In this document: positions 30,774 to 39,849 of the stretch, piece after piece | Layout: each line of letters begins with the position of its first letter | Numbering within the stretch: the first letter of the stretch is position 1 | Assembly: GCA_019058365.1 (NCBI GenBank) | Contig: JAHPZE010000024.1 | Coordinates: 1-64,000, forward strand | Source of the DNA: Promethearchaeota archaeon | Lineage (GTDB): Archaea; Asgardarchaeota; Lokiarchaeia; Sigyniarchaeales; SOKP01 | Direction: 5' to 3' | DNA length: 64,000 nucleotides | Made by a program: the position numbers and the translations under genes | The notes under the pieces: model-generated | Told to the model about the DNA's origin: nothing | The model's input: the letters and a program-made list of their open reading frames with translations, nothing else | The model's database searches: none

Positions 30774-33700
30774 CTATTTTGGCAATAATATAATAAAATT
30801 ACTCCCTTTGGTATAATCTCCTTCTATTCTATCTTCAACCCAAATTTTACCATTGAAAATTTGAATTATTTTGCTTACGAGAGAAAGACCAATTCCCATC
30901 CCCTTAGAACCATTGAAGGCTCCCTTACCTCGCTGAAATATTACTTTTTTCCTTTTATCAATAATACCGATACCATTATCAAGAAACTCGATTTTAATAT
31001 ATGTTTTCTGATCTAACTTTTGTTTCGAAATCTTAACAGAGATGTCTACAATTGCATTTTCATTATAATTTATTCCATTAATTAAGATATTTTCAAATAC
31101 TTCTTGAAGAAGTTCATTAGCATTAACATAGTAATTTTCATCAAGATTATCAGTGGAAATGTTTACATTTCTTTCACTAAACGCTTTTTTAACAAAATCT
31201 ATTGAAGTTTTCAAATAACTACAAATATTAATTTGATGTGTAGAAATTTTCTCTTCCTCAAGCTCAGAAAGAGTGCGAACATTAAAAACTAATTTTGAAC
31301 CTCTTTTGACTTGATTTTTTATCATCAGCGCCAGTTTTTGTATGGATTTAGATTTTTCAGAATCCCCAAGCTGGAAAATAATTAGTTCTGCCGAAGAATT
31401 TATTATTTGAAGTAAGTTATTTATATCGTGAGTAAATAGATCTTTATAGAAATTTGCCTTGTTATAGGCTTCCTTATAATTTTTTTCTGATAATCTTAAA
31501 GCTTCCTCAGCTGCCTTACGATCAGTAATATCTAACACAATTCCTTGAAAATGGGATATATTACCTTCCATGTCCCTTCTGATCCATGTTCTATCATCTA
31601 ACCATTTAATTTTTCCAGATTTAGTTATTATCCTATATTCTTGTTCAAATTCATTGATGTCCTTATTACTATTATTGTTTACTTCTTCGACAACTCGATT
31701 TAAATCATCAGGATGCACAATTTGCTCATAGATGACCTTTCCAGAATAGAAATCCTCTTGAGTATACCCAAATTGTTTAATATTTTCAGAAACAAATTCC
31801 ACAGGCCACCCTTTGGAATTTCGCCATAGAAATAACACTCCCGGGCTACTATTTATAATCTTTTCCAATTCTTTGAGTTTTTCATAAGATTTTTGAAGTT
31901 CTTCTTGAACACGTTTTCTCTTTTTTTCTTCTTCTTTTAATTCCGTAATATCACGAGATATAGCACCTATTATATATTTTTTTTCAGTTTTAATTAGAAA
32001 AGATACTTGTTGTATGATATGATGGTTACCTTGACTATCTCTCAGTTCCATTTCTTGCAGAATATTAAACCATGGGGCATTTCCTGTCTTGATAGCTTGA
32101 TTTATAGACAACTTTAATTGTTCAAGTCTTTCTTGACATTTTAATTCCTCTGGAAGTACTTGATATTGAATATCCCAAAGTTTTCTCCCTAAAACCTCTT
32201 TTTTTTTTATTCCAATAATTTTCTCTTGACCTTTATTCCATTCGATTATTATCCCATTTTCATCAGCCAGAACCACTCCATCCTGGGATTGTTCTACGAA
32301 CTTTCGGTATTTTTCTTCTGACTCTTTTAACTTCTGTGTTGATTCTATTCTTTCAGTTATGTCTATTACTACTTCTGCAGCTTTTTCTATAGGTCCGGTT
32401 GGATTTGGCAACGGAGCAGATATTATTTCGTAAGTACGATTATTAGGAGCAATAATAATTGCCTTTTCAACTTTTCTGTTTTGAATGGCTTTCATCATAG
32501 GACATTCTTCGCAACAGGTTTCTCTTTTTAAATAAAATTCAAAGCATTTTCTATTTTCGTGTTTACCAAATTGATCTTTTAAAAATTGATTTTGATAAAT
32601 TATATTAAAATTAGAATCTACAATATCAATTCCTATTCCTGTCAGGGATAATCCTTCTGTTAGAGAACGATACAATTCTTCAGATTCACGTAAGGCTTCT
32701 TCTGTTTTTTTCCGTTCTGAGATGTCTCGATTAGTTGCCACAGCTCCTACAGGAGTTCCCCTATTATCCTTAATCAAAGAGACTGACGCTAATATATTAA
32801 GAAATCTACCATCCTTATGTTTTTGGAGAACTTCTCCTCTCCAAAATCCATCTTCGAAAAATTTTTTTAGTACTTCCTCGCTTTCATCATAGGGGTATTC
32901 AGTAGGAATAATTTCCTCTATACTGATTCCAATTGCTTCATCTGCTCTCCAGCCATAGATAACCTCTGCAGCTTTATTCCAACTGACAATTTTAAATTCC
33001 ATATCTGTAGAAATAATTGCATCTGAAACATCTTCAACAAGCTTGGCTTGATATTGAATTTCTTGGTCTGCTTTCTTACGTTCTGTAATATCTCTTCCAA
33101 CTATAATACCTTTTAATTCATTTTTTTTATCAATAAAAACCTTTCCTTTAACTTCAAACCAGATATATTTTCCATTTTTATGTTTTACCCTTACTTCAAC
33201 AAGTCCTTCTTTTTTCTTTAATCCCGTCAAAAGAGCATTAAGTCCTCTTTCCTTATCTAAAGGATGAACAAAGTCTAAAACATTTTTTCCTAATAATTCA
33301 TCAGATTTATAACCTAAATGGTTATAACTCTCTTGTTCATTTACAAATTCCATTACATACTTTCTATTTATTACAATTATCAAATCATTAACATTTTGTG
33401 TAATGATTCTATGTTTTTCCTCTGATTCTTTTAACTGTACTTCCATTAATTTCTTCTCAGTTATATTTCTCGAAATTAATAAACCATTCCAATTTCCTTT
33501 AGAATCTTCAAAAAGTTTTCCTTGTATATCAAACCATATCCAATATCCGTCCTTATGTTTTAATCTCCCTTCACGTTTTGATTCTCCCTTTCTAATTATA
33601 TCTCTTAAAAATTTATTAACTTGTTTTTTCTCATCGGGGTGAATTATGGTATTTGCAGATTTACCGATTAATTCATCTTTAGTATATCCTAAAACTCTAG

Positions 33701-33836
33701 AATGTGTTCCTTCGTTAATATATTGAATTTTAAATTTATTATCTAAAATTCGAATTAGGTCATTCGTATTTTCTGAAATCAATCGATATCTTTCTTCAGA
33801 AATGTCTAAATTTAATTTTTTTTTAGAAGAAGTCAT
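30774..33836 (-). CDS. Multi-PAS sensor histidine kinase
   Basis: Several PAS/PAC repeats (IHPDE, VHPLD, RDITERK); H-box FTHDINN, N-box NILING, DNGIG, GMGIGL. Confidence 0.93.
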   Translation of the reverse strand: MTSSKKKLNLDISEERYRLISENTNDLIRILDNKFKIQYINEGTHSRVLGYTKDELIGKSANTIIHPDEKKQVNKFLRDIIRKGESKREGRLKHKDGYWIWFDIQGKLFEDSKGNWNGLLISRNITEKKLMEVQLKESEEKHRIITQNVNDLIIVINRKYVMEFVNEQESYNHLGYKSDELLGKNVLDFVHPLDKERGLNALLTGLKKKEGLVEVRVKHKNGKYIWFEVKGKVFIDKKNELKGIIVGRDITERKKADQEIQYQAKLVEDVSDAIISTDMEFKIVSWNKAAEVIYGWRADEAIGISIEEIIPTEYPYDESEEVLKKFFEDGFWRGEVLQKHKDGRFLNILASVSLIKDNRGTPVGAVATNRDISERKKTEEALRESEELYRSLTEGLSLTGIGIDIVDSNFNIIYQNQFLKDQFGKHENRKCFEFYLKRETCCEECPMMKAIQNRKVEKAIIIAPNNRTYEIISAPLPNPTGPIEKAAEVVIDITERIESTQKLKESEEKYRKFVEQSQDGVVLADENGIIIEWNKGQEKIIGIKKKEVLGRKLWDIQYQVLPEELKCQERLEQLKLSINQAIKTGNAPWFNILQEMELRDSQGNHHIIQQVSFLIKTEKKYIIGAISRDITELKEEEKKRKRVQEELQKSYEKLKELEKIINSSPGVLFLWRNSKGWPVEFVSENIKQFGYTQEDFYSGKVIYEQIVHPDDLNRVVEEVNNNSNKDINEFEQEYRIITKSGKIKWLDDRTWIRRDMEGNISHFQGIVLDITDRKAAEEALRLSEKNYKEAYNKANFYKDLFTHDINNLLQIINSSAELIIFQLGDSEKSKSIQKLALMIKNQVKRGSKLVFNVRTLSELEEEKISTHQINICSYLKTSIDFVKKAFSERNVNISTDNLDENYYVNANELLQEVFENILINGINYNENAIVDISVKISKQKLDQKTYIKIEFLDNGIGIIDKRKKVIFQRGKGAFNGSKGMGIGLSLVSKIIQIFNGKIWVEDRIEGDYTKGSNFIILLPK

Positions 33837-34170
33837 AATTAGTAATTCTCTTTGTTAGATTTAATCCTAAAAGTGTTCTATAAATGAATACTTAATTTAT
33901 TAAGTAATATCTTAATCTAAATTTTATTTTTAATTTAATATCTTATAAAATAGACTTATATGTTTATGATGTTAGAACGATTAAATAATATTACTTTAGA
34001 TTTATAAACTATTTCTAGTCGAATGAATTGAATAAGCAAGGTGGCTAGTTTATTATCTAAAAATTAGCATTTCTGTAAGAAAATTAAATTTAAACTAAAG
34101 AAATTGTAAAGAAATTCATATTTTCTAAAAAAAGAATATAAAAAAAAGAAATTTAGTTTTTGGGGTGGAT

Positions 34171-34416
34171 TCAACCACCACCTATGGGAGGAAAGATTGA
34201 AATTAAATCTCCATCTTTTAGAACAGTTTTGAGATCTTTATGTGGACAACCATTAACCAAAATTATTGTTCTTCTCTCATCATCTGGAATATTATATTTA
34301 TTGAATAGCAGTTTAATCTGACTGTTTTCTGGAATTGATAATACTTCTTTTTCTGGGCCATATTGCCTTAGAGTTGCAAAGAATTTAACAGTAACTGTAA
34401 TACTCTTACTATTCAT
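34171..34416 (-). CDS. MoaD/ThiS sulfur-carrier (SAMP-like) protein
   Basis: VKFFATLR...LVNG...LKDGDLISIFPPIGGG with C-terminal GG; likely ATG at 34416 overlapping the upstream stop. Confidence 0.9.
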   Translation of the reverse strand: MNSKSITVTVKFFATLRQYGPEKEVLSIPENSQIKLLFNKYNIPDDERRTIILVNGCPHKDLKTVLKDGDLISIFPPIGGG

Positions 34417-34693
34417 CCTCTTCTCGTTTAAAATACCATTTATATAATAGACCCATATTTCGGGGAAATAGTGAAACCTTATCACCGGATTTAACAGTCT
34501 TCTTAAGTCCCGCATATATTCCATTCACAAAAATATGGCTAACTTCATTATCTTCAATCATATATTTTCTAAGTATGTCTGCAACCCAAGTTACTTCAGG
34601 ATCATTGATTTTTAATCGTAATGGTAAGGTTCCTGATACTTTTGGATCTGCTTTTTTTCTTAAGTCTCCGAATAATTTTAAATCAATTGGCAT
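34409..34693 (-). CDS. MoaD-like beta-grasp protein without C-terminal GG
   Basis: LKLFGDLRK...IFVNG...KSGDKVSLFP followed by RNMGLLYKWYFKREEDE. Confidence 0.8.
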   Translation of the reverse strand: MPIDLKLFGDLRKKADPKVSGTLPLRLKINDPEVTWVADILRKYMIEDNEVSHIFVNGIYAGLKKTVKSGDKVSLFPRNMGLLYKWYFKREEDE

Positions 34694-34712
34694 TTTTCCC
34701 CCATCTTGCTAA

Positions 34713-36470
34713 TTAAAACACACTATCTAAGTCTGAATCTGGTACATCGAATACAGTATTATGTGGTGGGAGTTTTTCTTCCATAATGAACTCTGGAAGT
34801 CTGTCATCTATCGCTGTAAATCCTGCTTTTTTATTAAATTCAAGTTCTGTATCAATAATTGACTTTCCAATTGGTCCAACATCATCAACAGTTAAATTGG
34901 CTCCTAATACACCGTTCAAAGACTCAACAACACCTTGTAAGCCTTCAGGAATATCGAGTATCGCAAATGCAATGAAAAGACAGTATCCTGAGGCATCAAC
35001 AGCTGCAGTAGCTAATTGTAAATTACGTGAAACTTCAGCTTTCTTTGGATCCAATGGGTCTAACGTTCCTCCAACTCCTAGAATTTCTGGAGCAATTGCG
35101 TAACCTGCTGTGTGGTCGGCGCCCATAGGAGTCGTTGCATAGGTTACTCCAATACCCTTTATCGCGCGTGGATCATAAGCTGGAAATGATTGACCTTTTA
35201 CAGTGGGTATTCTTGTTACTCCTAGAACCTTACCTGTAATTTCCGTACCTTGAGCTAATATTCTTCCTGTAGGTGTTTTATTACGAATCTCTTCAAAGAG
35301 TTTTAAAGCTCCTTTAGCATCTCCAAAATTGACTAATCCACCTTCCATTGCCACTCCTAATGTACCTCCTGCTTCAATTGTATCACACCCTAAATCATTA
35401 CAAGCTCGATTTAGTTCACCAATATCATCTAAATTGTAGATACCACTATTAGGTCCAAGAGCCCAAACACTTTCATATTCAAGAACACCGACTGGGTCTT
35501 TTCCATTTGGTTTTACCCATACTTCTGAACATTGTATAATACAACCTGGGTTACAGAAATGAGGGCGTGTTCCTCCTCTTTTCTTTATTTCCTCAGCTTT
35601 AGCTTCACCAGAGACTTTCTCAGCTCGCTCATCTTGTCCACTAGAGAAGTTTCGTTGAGGTAGACCTCCTGCTTCATTAATAATATTCACTAATACTGCC
35701 GTACCATATGAATTGAGTGCTCCTCCTGGTTTAGTAACATCATGAGATGTCAGTGCATCTCTTAATTTTGCGATACCCGCCTTGAATACTTCTTGGTTCG
35801 CAATCTCTACTCCTGGGGCACCTGTTTCATCAACAACTATAAATTTTAAACCTTTAGATGCCATAACAGCCCCCAAACCACCTCTTCCGGCGTATCTACT
35901 AGGTAATCCTCCGGGATCACTAAAACAGACTCCTGACATAGCCCCTAATAATTCAGCGGCTATTCCTACGCCACATATTCCCACTTTACCACCAAATTCT
36001 TTGAAAAGATCTTTATAAACGCCATATAGTCCTTTTCCAACCCATTTGTTTGCTTTGATAAATTCTCCACCATCCATAGTAACTTTTAGGAGGTAATAAT
36101 CATTACCGTTATGTTTCCCTTCTACTATTATGGCTCCTATACGCATCCTTGCTAACATCTGAGCAAATGGTGTCCCTGCATTAGCTTCCTTTATACCTCC
36201 TGTTAAAGGAGACTTCCCTCCTACTGAAATTCTTCCACTTGAGGGTGCAGCAGTACCAGTAACTATGCCTGGAGCAAGTACTAGCTTATTATGAATTCCT
36301 AATGGATTACAAGTTGGTGGGACTTCTTTAGCAACTATGGTTGAAGTCATACCACGACCACCTAAAGCAGCATAATCTCCGGGTAGATCTTCAAATTTAG
36401 CTTCTAGATTATTCATATTAACTCTTAATATTCTTTTTGGCAAAATTTTCACCTCTTTTTTTTTAGGCAA
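34713..36470 (-). CDS. aor: Tungsten-dependent aldehyde:ferredoxin oxidoreductase
   Basis: KSPLTGGIKEANAG, AGRGGLGAVM.SK.LK, CxxxCxxxC, EYES, YDPR, GADH, DDRLP; probable TTG start at 36443 after GAGGTGA. Confidence 0.93.
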   Translation of the reverse strand: MPKKKEVKILPKRILRVNMNNLEAKFEDLPGDYAALGGRGMTSTIVAKEVPPTCNPLGIHNKLVLAPGIVTGTAAPSSGRISVGGKSPLTGGIKEANAGTPFAQMLARMRIGAIIVEGKHNGNDYYLLKVTMDGGEFIKANKWVGKGLYGVYKDLFKEFGGKVGICGVGIAAELLGAMSGVCFSDPGGLPSRYAGRGGLGAVMASKGLKFIVVDETGAPGVEIANQEVFKAGIAKLRDALTSHDVTKPGGALNSYGTAVLVNIINEAGGLPQRNFSSGQDERAEKVSGEAKAEEIKKRGGTRPHFCNPGCIIQCSEVWVKPNGKDPVGVLEYESVWALGPNSGIYNLDDIGELNRACNDLGCDTIEAGGTLGVAMEGGLVNFGDAKGALKLFEEIRNKTPTGRILAQGTEITGKVLGVTRIPTVKGQSFPAYDPRAIKGIGVTYATTPMGADHTAGYAIAPEILGVGGTLDPLDPKKAEVSRNLQLATAAVDASGYCLFIAFAILDIPEGLQGVVESLNGVLGANLTVDDVGPIGKSIIDTELEFNKKAGFTAIDDRLPEFIMEEKLPPHNTVFDVPDSDLDSVF

Positions 36471-36631
36471 ATAATAATAGTGTTTTAGTGCTATTTAAAC
36501 GACTCGTTATGTACTAACTGTAATAACGACAAATTTGATTTCTTTTCGTTCTTAACAATTACGTCGAATTTGTAAATTAATTAAATATAAGATAAATAGT
36601 AGATTTAATACAAATCTAAGTTTATTCCTTT

Positions 36632-36919
36632 TTGAGAGATATGGATGATAAAAATGATCATACTAATGAGTTTATATCTTTCAAGATAATTCAGAGTGGG
36701 GAAATTATAAAAGTTTCCTTATCTCGATCGAATTTGGGGAAAAAATTTGATGAGATATACGGTTTGTTATTAAAAAATTTAAAATTTAAACCAAAAGATA
36801 CTTATCTAAGTAATGAAAATGGAAAGATGATAGGAGATTTTGATTTAGAATTGTCTTTACAAGAAATTATAAAGAAATTTGGTAATAAATTAAAGGTATA
36901 TTATGAGAAAATATTTTAG
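36632..36919 (+). CDS. Hypothetical protein, possible ubiquitin-like fold
   Basis: 95-aa ORF with beta-beta-alpha-beta pattern. Confidence 0.65.
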   Translation: MRDMDDKNDHTNEFISFKIIQSGEIIKVSLSRSNLGKKFDEIYGLLLKNLKFKPKDTYLSNENGKMIGDFDLELSLQEIIKKFGNKLKVYYEKIF

Positions 36920-36940
36920 ATGATCTTATTCAATAATCTG

Positions 36941-38887
36941 CTATTTTAAAACAGGAATTAGAAGATGACTTGGAAATTCTCGTGTATGATAGATTTTCTG
37001 TTCAGCTATGATATAATCTCCTGGTTGACCTTCTCCTCCTAAATTTGAATTTATATCAAATCGCGGAAAATTACTTGAGGTTATTTCTATTCGTATTTGA
37101 TGTCCTTTCCTAAAATAATTAGATGTATTTCCCAATTCTATCTCATACTCATAGACTTTCCTTGGCTCAATAAGGGAAGGAATATCTTCATTATTTCTAA
37201 ATCTTGCCCTGATTCCAGCATCTAAAATATTTATCGCTTTTCCTCGAGGATAAACGTCTACTAATTTGATCATGAAATCAGTATCTTTCACCGATGAGGA
37301 AGCAAAAAGTATCATTCTTACAGCGCCAGTTATTTCTAAACCTTCTTTTAAAGGTTTAGTTGAGTAGATTAAGACATCTTTTCGTTTTTCGGCATCTTTT
37401 TGATTTTGAGCTCCTTTTAAAATACCTAAGTTCCTTCCTCCTTTTGTGATAACAGGATCCATAGGATTAAAAGTATATGTATCCTCTGATTCATTAATTG
37501 GTTCTTTGAAATCTAATACACCATCTCCTTTTAGACTATTGGCTCCTCTTACAGAATGAATATACAATTTTTGATAATCAATATTTTCAGGGGGCCACAT
37601 CTCTGTGTATCTCCAAATATTTTTCCCTATAACCCAATACTTTATAGAAGGTTTATTTATATCAGGAAAAGCATTCATATCTCCCATCAACCAATGACGG
37701 TTCCAAGCAAGATTTAAAAATTCTTTATAAAATCTTAACATTCCAGCATTACTAATGCGGCTTTCAGGATGACCACTCGCACCATGTGCCCACGACCCTA
37801 TAAGCAGTTTCGAATATTTTCTAGCATCACCAGTAGCGTTATTTTTAATTTCGATAAAGTCCTCTAATTCTTTTTCAAAAAACATATCTTGCCATCCAGC
37901 TAGCATAAAAGCAGGTTGTGAGAACTTTTTACTATCCATTTCTAAAAATCCAGACATTTTGTATGTGTCCTTATCTAAACCTCGTGTAATTAAGAAATCA
38001 TTTAAAAATTTAAAATAAATCTTGAGATTACGTTTTGAATGTTCAAAGTTGTTAACATTATAATATGATACTAAAAGATCTTGAACTTCTTGAACAGATT
38101 TCCCTTTTAGATGAGATAAACTAATCCCGCTTTTCTTTTTAATGGGATCGTTATATAATGCGTATTGAGGATTTAAATATCTCTCATACATTAAATTTGT
38201 TAAAGTATCTACCTCAGGAGCCTCTCTGTGTGACGAAATATTAACCATTATTCTATAAATAGAAGTTGTAAGAGCATGGATTTCAAGACCTCCATTGTTT
38301 TTCCATAAATTTAAGGTTGATGTAATGCCTGGCGTAATACAAGTTAAATAATTATTATCCCACGATAATGCAAGTTGAGTTATACCAAAATAACTTGCTC
38401 CTGCCATACCTATTTTCCCATTGTACCAATATTGTTTAGAAATCCATTTTAAAGTATCTATTCCGTCATCTCTTTCTGTGAATAAATAATAATTGAATCC
38501 ATTTGAGTGTCCTGTTCCTCGTATATCTTGAATTATCGTTACGAATCCAAAAGCGGCATATGCATAACCTAAAATACTCATACTATCCTTCCAATATGGT
38601 AATCGTACTAATATTGTGGGACATTTGTCTTTTTTCTTATATACCTTTTTTGGAACATAGACATCTGTTGCTAATCTTATTCCATCTTTCAATTTTACAA
38701 TACATTCAGGATACCTTTTAACACCGTTCTTAGCGTACCCTAAACCTAAAATTATCCCTAAAATCTTCACTAATGGAATAGAACCATGTCTCATTATAAT
38801 TTTGTTTAATGAACGTAAGAGCTTTGGAAGTCGTGGCTTCACTATTACTTTTAAATAAGATAGGTTAGTAACATAATTTTTTTTCAT
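36941..38887 (-). CDS. CocE/NonD family hydrolase
   Basis: DGIRLATDVY, QDIRGTG.S.G, GASYFG, GWQD, WAHG, SSNFPRFD.N. Confidence 0.93.
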   Translation of the reverse strand: MKKNYVTNLSYLKVIVKPRLPKLLRSLNKIIMRHGSIPLVKILGIILGLGYAKNGVKRYPECIVKLKDGIRLATDVYVPKKVYKKKDKCPTILVRLPYWKDSMSILGYAYAAFGFVTIIQDIRGTGHSNGFNYYLFTERDDGIDTLKWISKQYWYNGKIGMAGASYFGITQLALSWDNNYLTCITPGITSTLNLWKNNGGLEIHALTTSIYRIMVNISSHREAPEVDTLTNLMYERYLNPQYALYNDPIKKKSGISLSHLKGKSVQEVQDLLVSYYNVNNFEHSKRNLKIYFKFLNDFLITRGLDKDTYKMSGFLEMDSKKFSQPAFMLAGWQDMFFEKELEDFIEIKNNATGDARKYSKLLIGSWAHGASGHPESRISNAGMLRFYKEFLNLAWNRHWLMGDMNAFPDINKPSIKYWVIGKNIWRYTEMWPPENIDYQKLYIHSVRGANSLKGDGVLDFKEPINESEDTYTFNPMDPVITKGGRNLGILKGAQNQKDAEKRKDVLIYSTKPLKEGLEITGAVRMILFASSSVKDTDFMIKLVDVYPRGKAINILDAGIRARFRNNEDIPSLIEPRKVYEYEIELGNTSNYFRKGHQIRIEITSSNFPRFDINSNLGGEGQPGDYIIAEQKIYHTREFPSHLLIPVLK

Positions 38888-38934
38888 TAATCTGAAAAAA
38901 TAACTATCATTTAAAAAGTTTCAAAAATGAAAAA

Positions 38935-39012
38935 TGGCAGGCCCGGGGGGATTTGAACCCCCGATCGTCAGCTTAGGAGGCTGCCGCGATATCCATGCTT
39001 CGCCACGAGCCT
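38935..39012 (-). tRNA. tRNA-Arg(CCT), intron-less, CCA encoded
   Basis: Cloverleaf AGGCTCG...GCAGC CTCCTAA GCTGA...GGGGG TTCAAAT CCCCC CGGGCCT G CCA. Confidence 0.95.
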
Positions 39013-39074
39013 TTAGCTAAAATCTTGAGATATATTCATATAAAAGTATGGTAAAATAAAAATTTAGATATTAC

Positions 39075-39197
39075 TCAAATATTCAATTTGCTTCTGTTGT
39101 ATACTACACTGCAAATAGGACGGAAGTATTGACCCTCGATTATTATTGCTTTTTCAATTGGTATTTCTGCTTGGCAATTCATAATACAGCAAGACAC
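39075..39197 (-). pseudogene. Small, probably decayed Zn-finger ORF
   Basis: VSCCIMNCQAEIPIEKAIIIEGQYFRPICSV...; second Cys pair appears degenerate (FRPIC). Confidence 0.35.
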
Positions 39198-39365
39198 TTA
39201 TTGTTTCTTCTCTTTTTTTCATTAGACAATTTTATTATTGATTTTTATATGAATATTTAAGTATGAACCTATAAAAATAATCAAAAGGTTTTAATTTTAA
39301 TTTATTCATAAAGTAATTATAAATATTTTTTTATGAATAATTGCTTTTTCAGAGTTTAATTAATA

Positions 39366-39638
39366 ATGTCACGTGAAACTTATTCGAGATCAAATCGTCC
39401 AATTGATTATTTGAAGTCATCTATTAATGAAATAATCCTCATTAAAGTTAAACGTAACCGTTTATTCCGAGGACGTCTTGGTGGATTCGATGAACACTTA
39501 AATCTCTATCTTGAAGAGACCAGTCAGATTTTCGAATATCAAGATGATGAGGGTAACATTCGAGAAGAACATGAAAACCTCGGTTCAATTGTAGTTCGAG
39601 GAGATAATGTGATATTCGTGAATCTTGCGCAGGTATAA
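39366..39638 (+). CDS. Sm-like archaeal protein (LSm/SmAP)
   Basis: RPIDYL, FRGRLGGFDEHLNLYL (Sm1), VVRGDNVIFV (Sm2). Confidence 0.95.
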   Translation: MSRETYSRSNRPIDYLKSSINEIILIKVKRNRLFRGRLGGFDEHLNLYLEETSQIFEYQDDEGNIREEHENLGSIVVRGDNVIFVNLAQV

Positions 39639-39849
39639 GAGACTTATATTTTAGTTTTTTAATTTAAGATGATATTAGCAGATAAAAGAAGCATCTATAA
39701 AAATTTTAGAAATATTTGTATGCTATTAACCATTGTTAAATAATAGAGACTTAATCATATTTTTAACGCGAAATTGTTTAGTATATATTAGTATAAAAGT
39801 TTGAAATAAATTCATTTATTAGCCTTGATAATGAAGTAGTTGTTGAAAA

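Noticed and set aside
38935-39365. Integrated element at tRNA-Arg
   Set aside because: No duplicated tRNA fragment and no integrase seen in the window
39639-39849. rpl37e expected downstream of the Sm gene
   Set aside because: No L37e-like Cys/basic ORF in this interval
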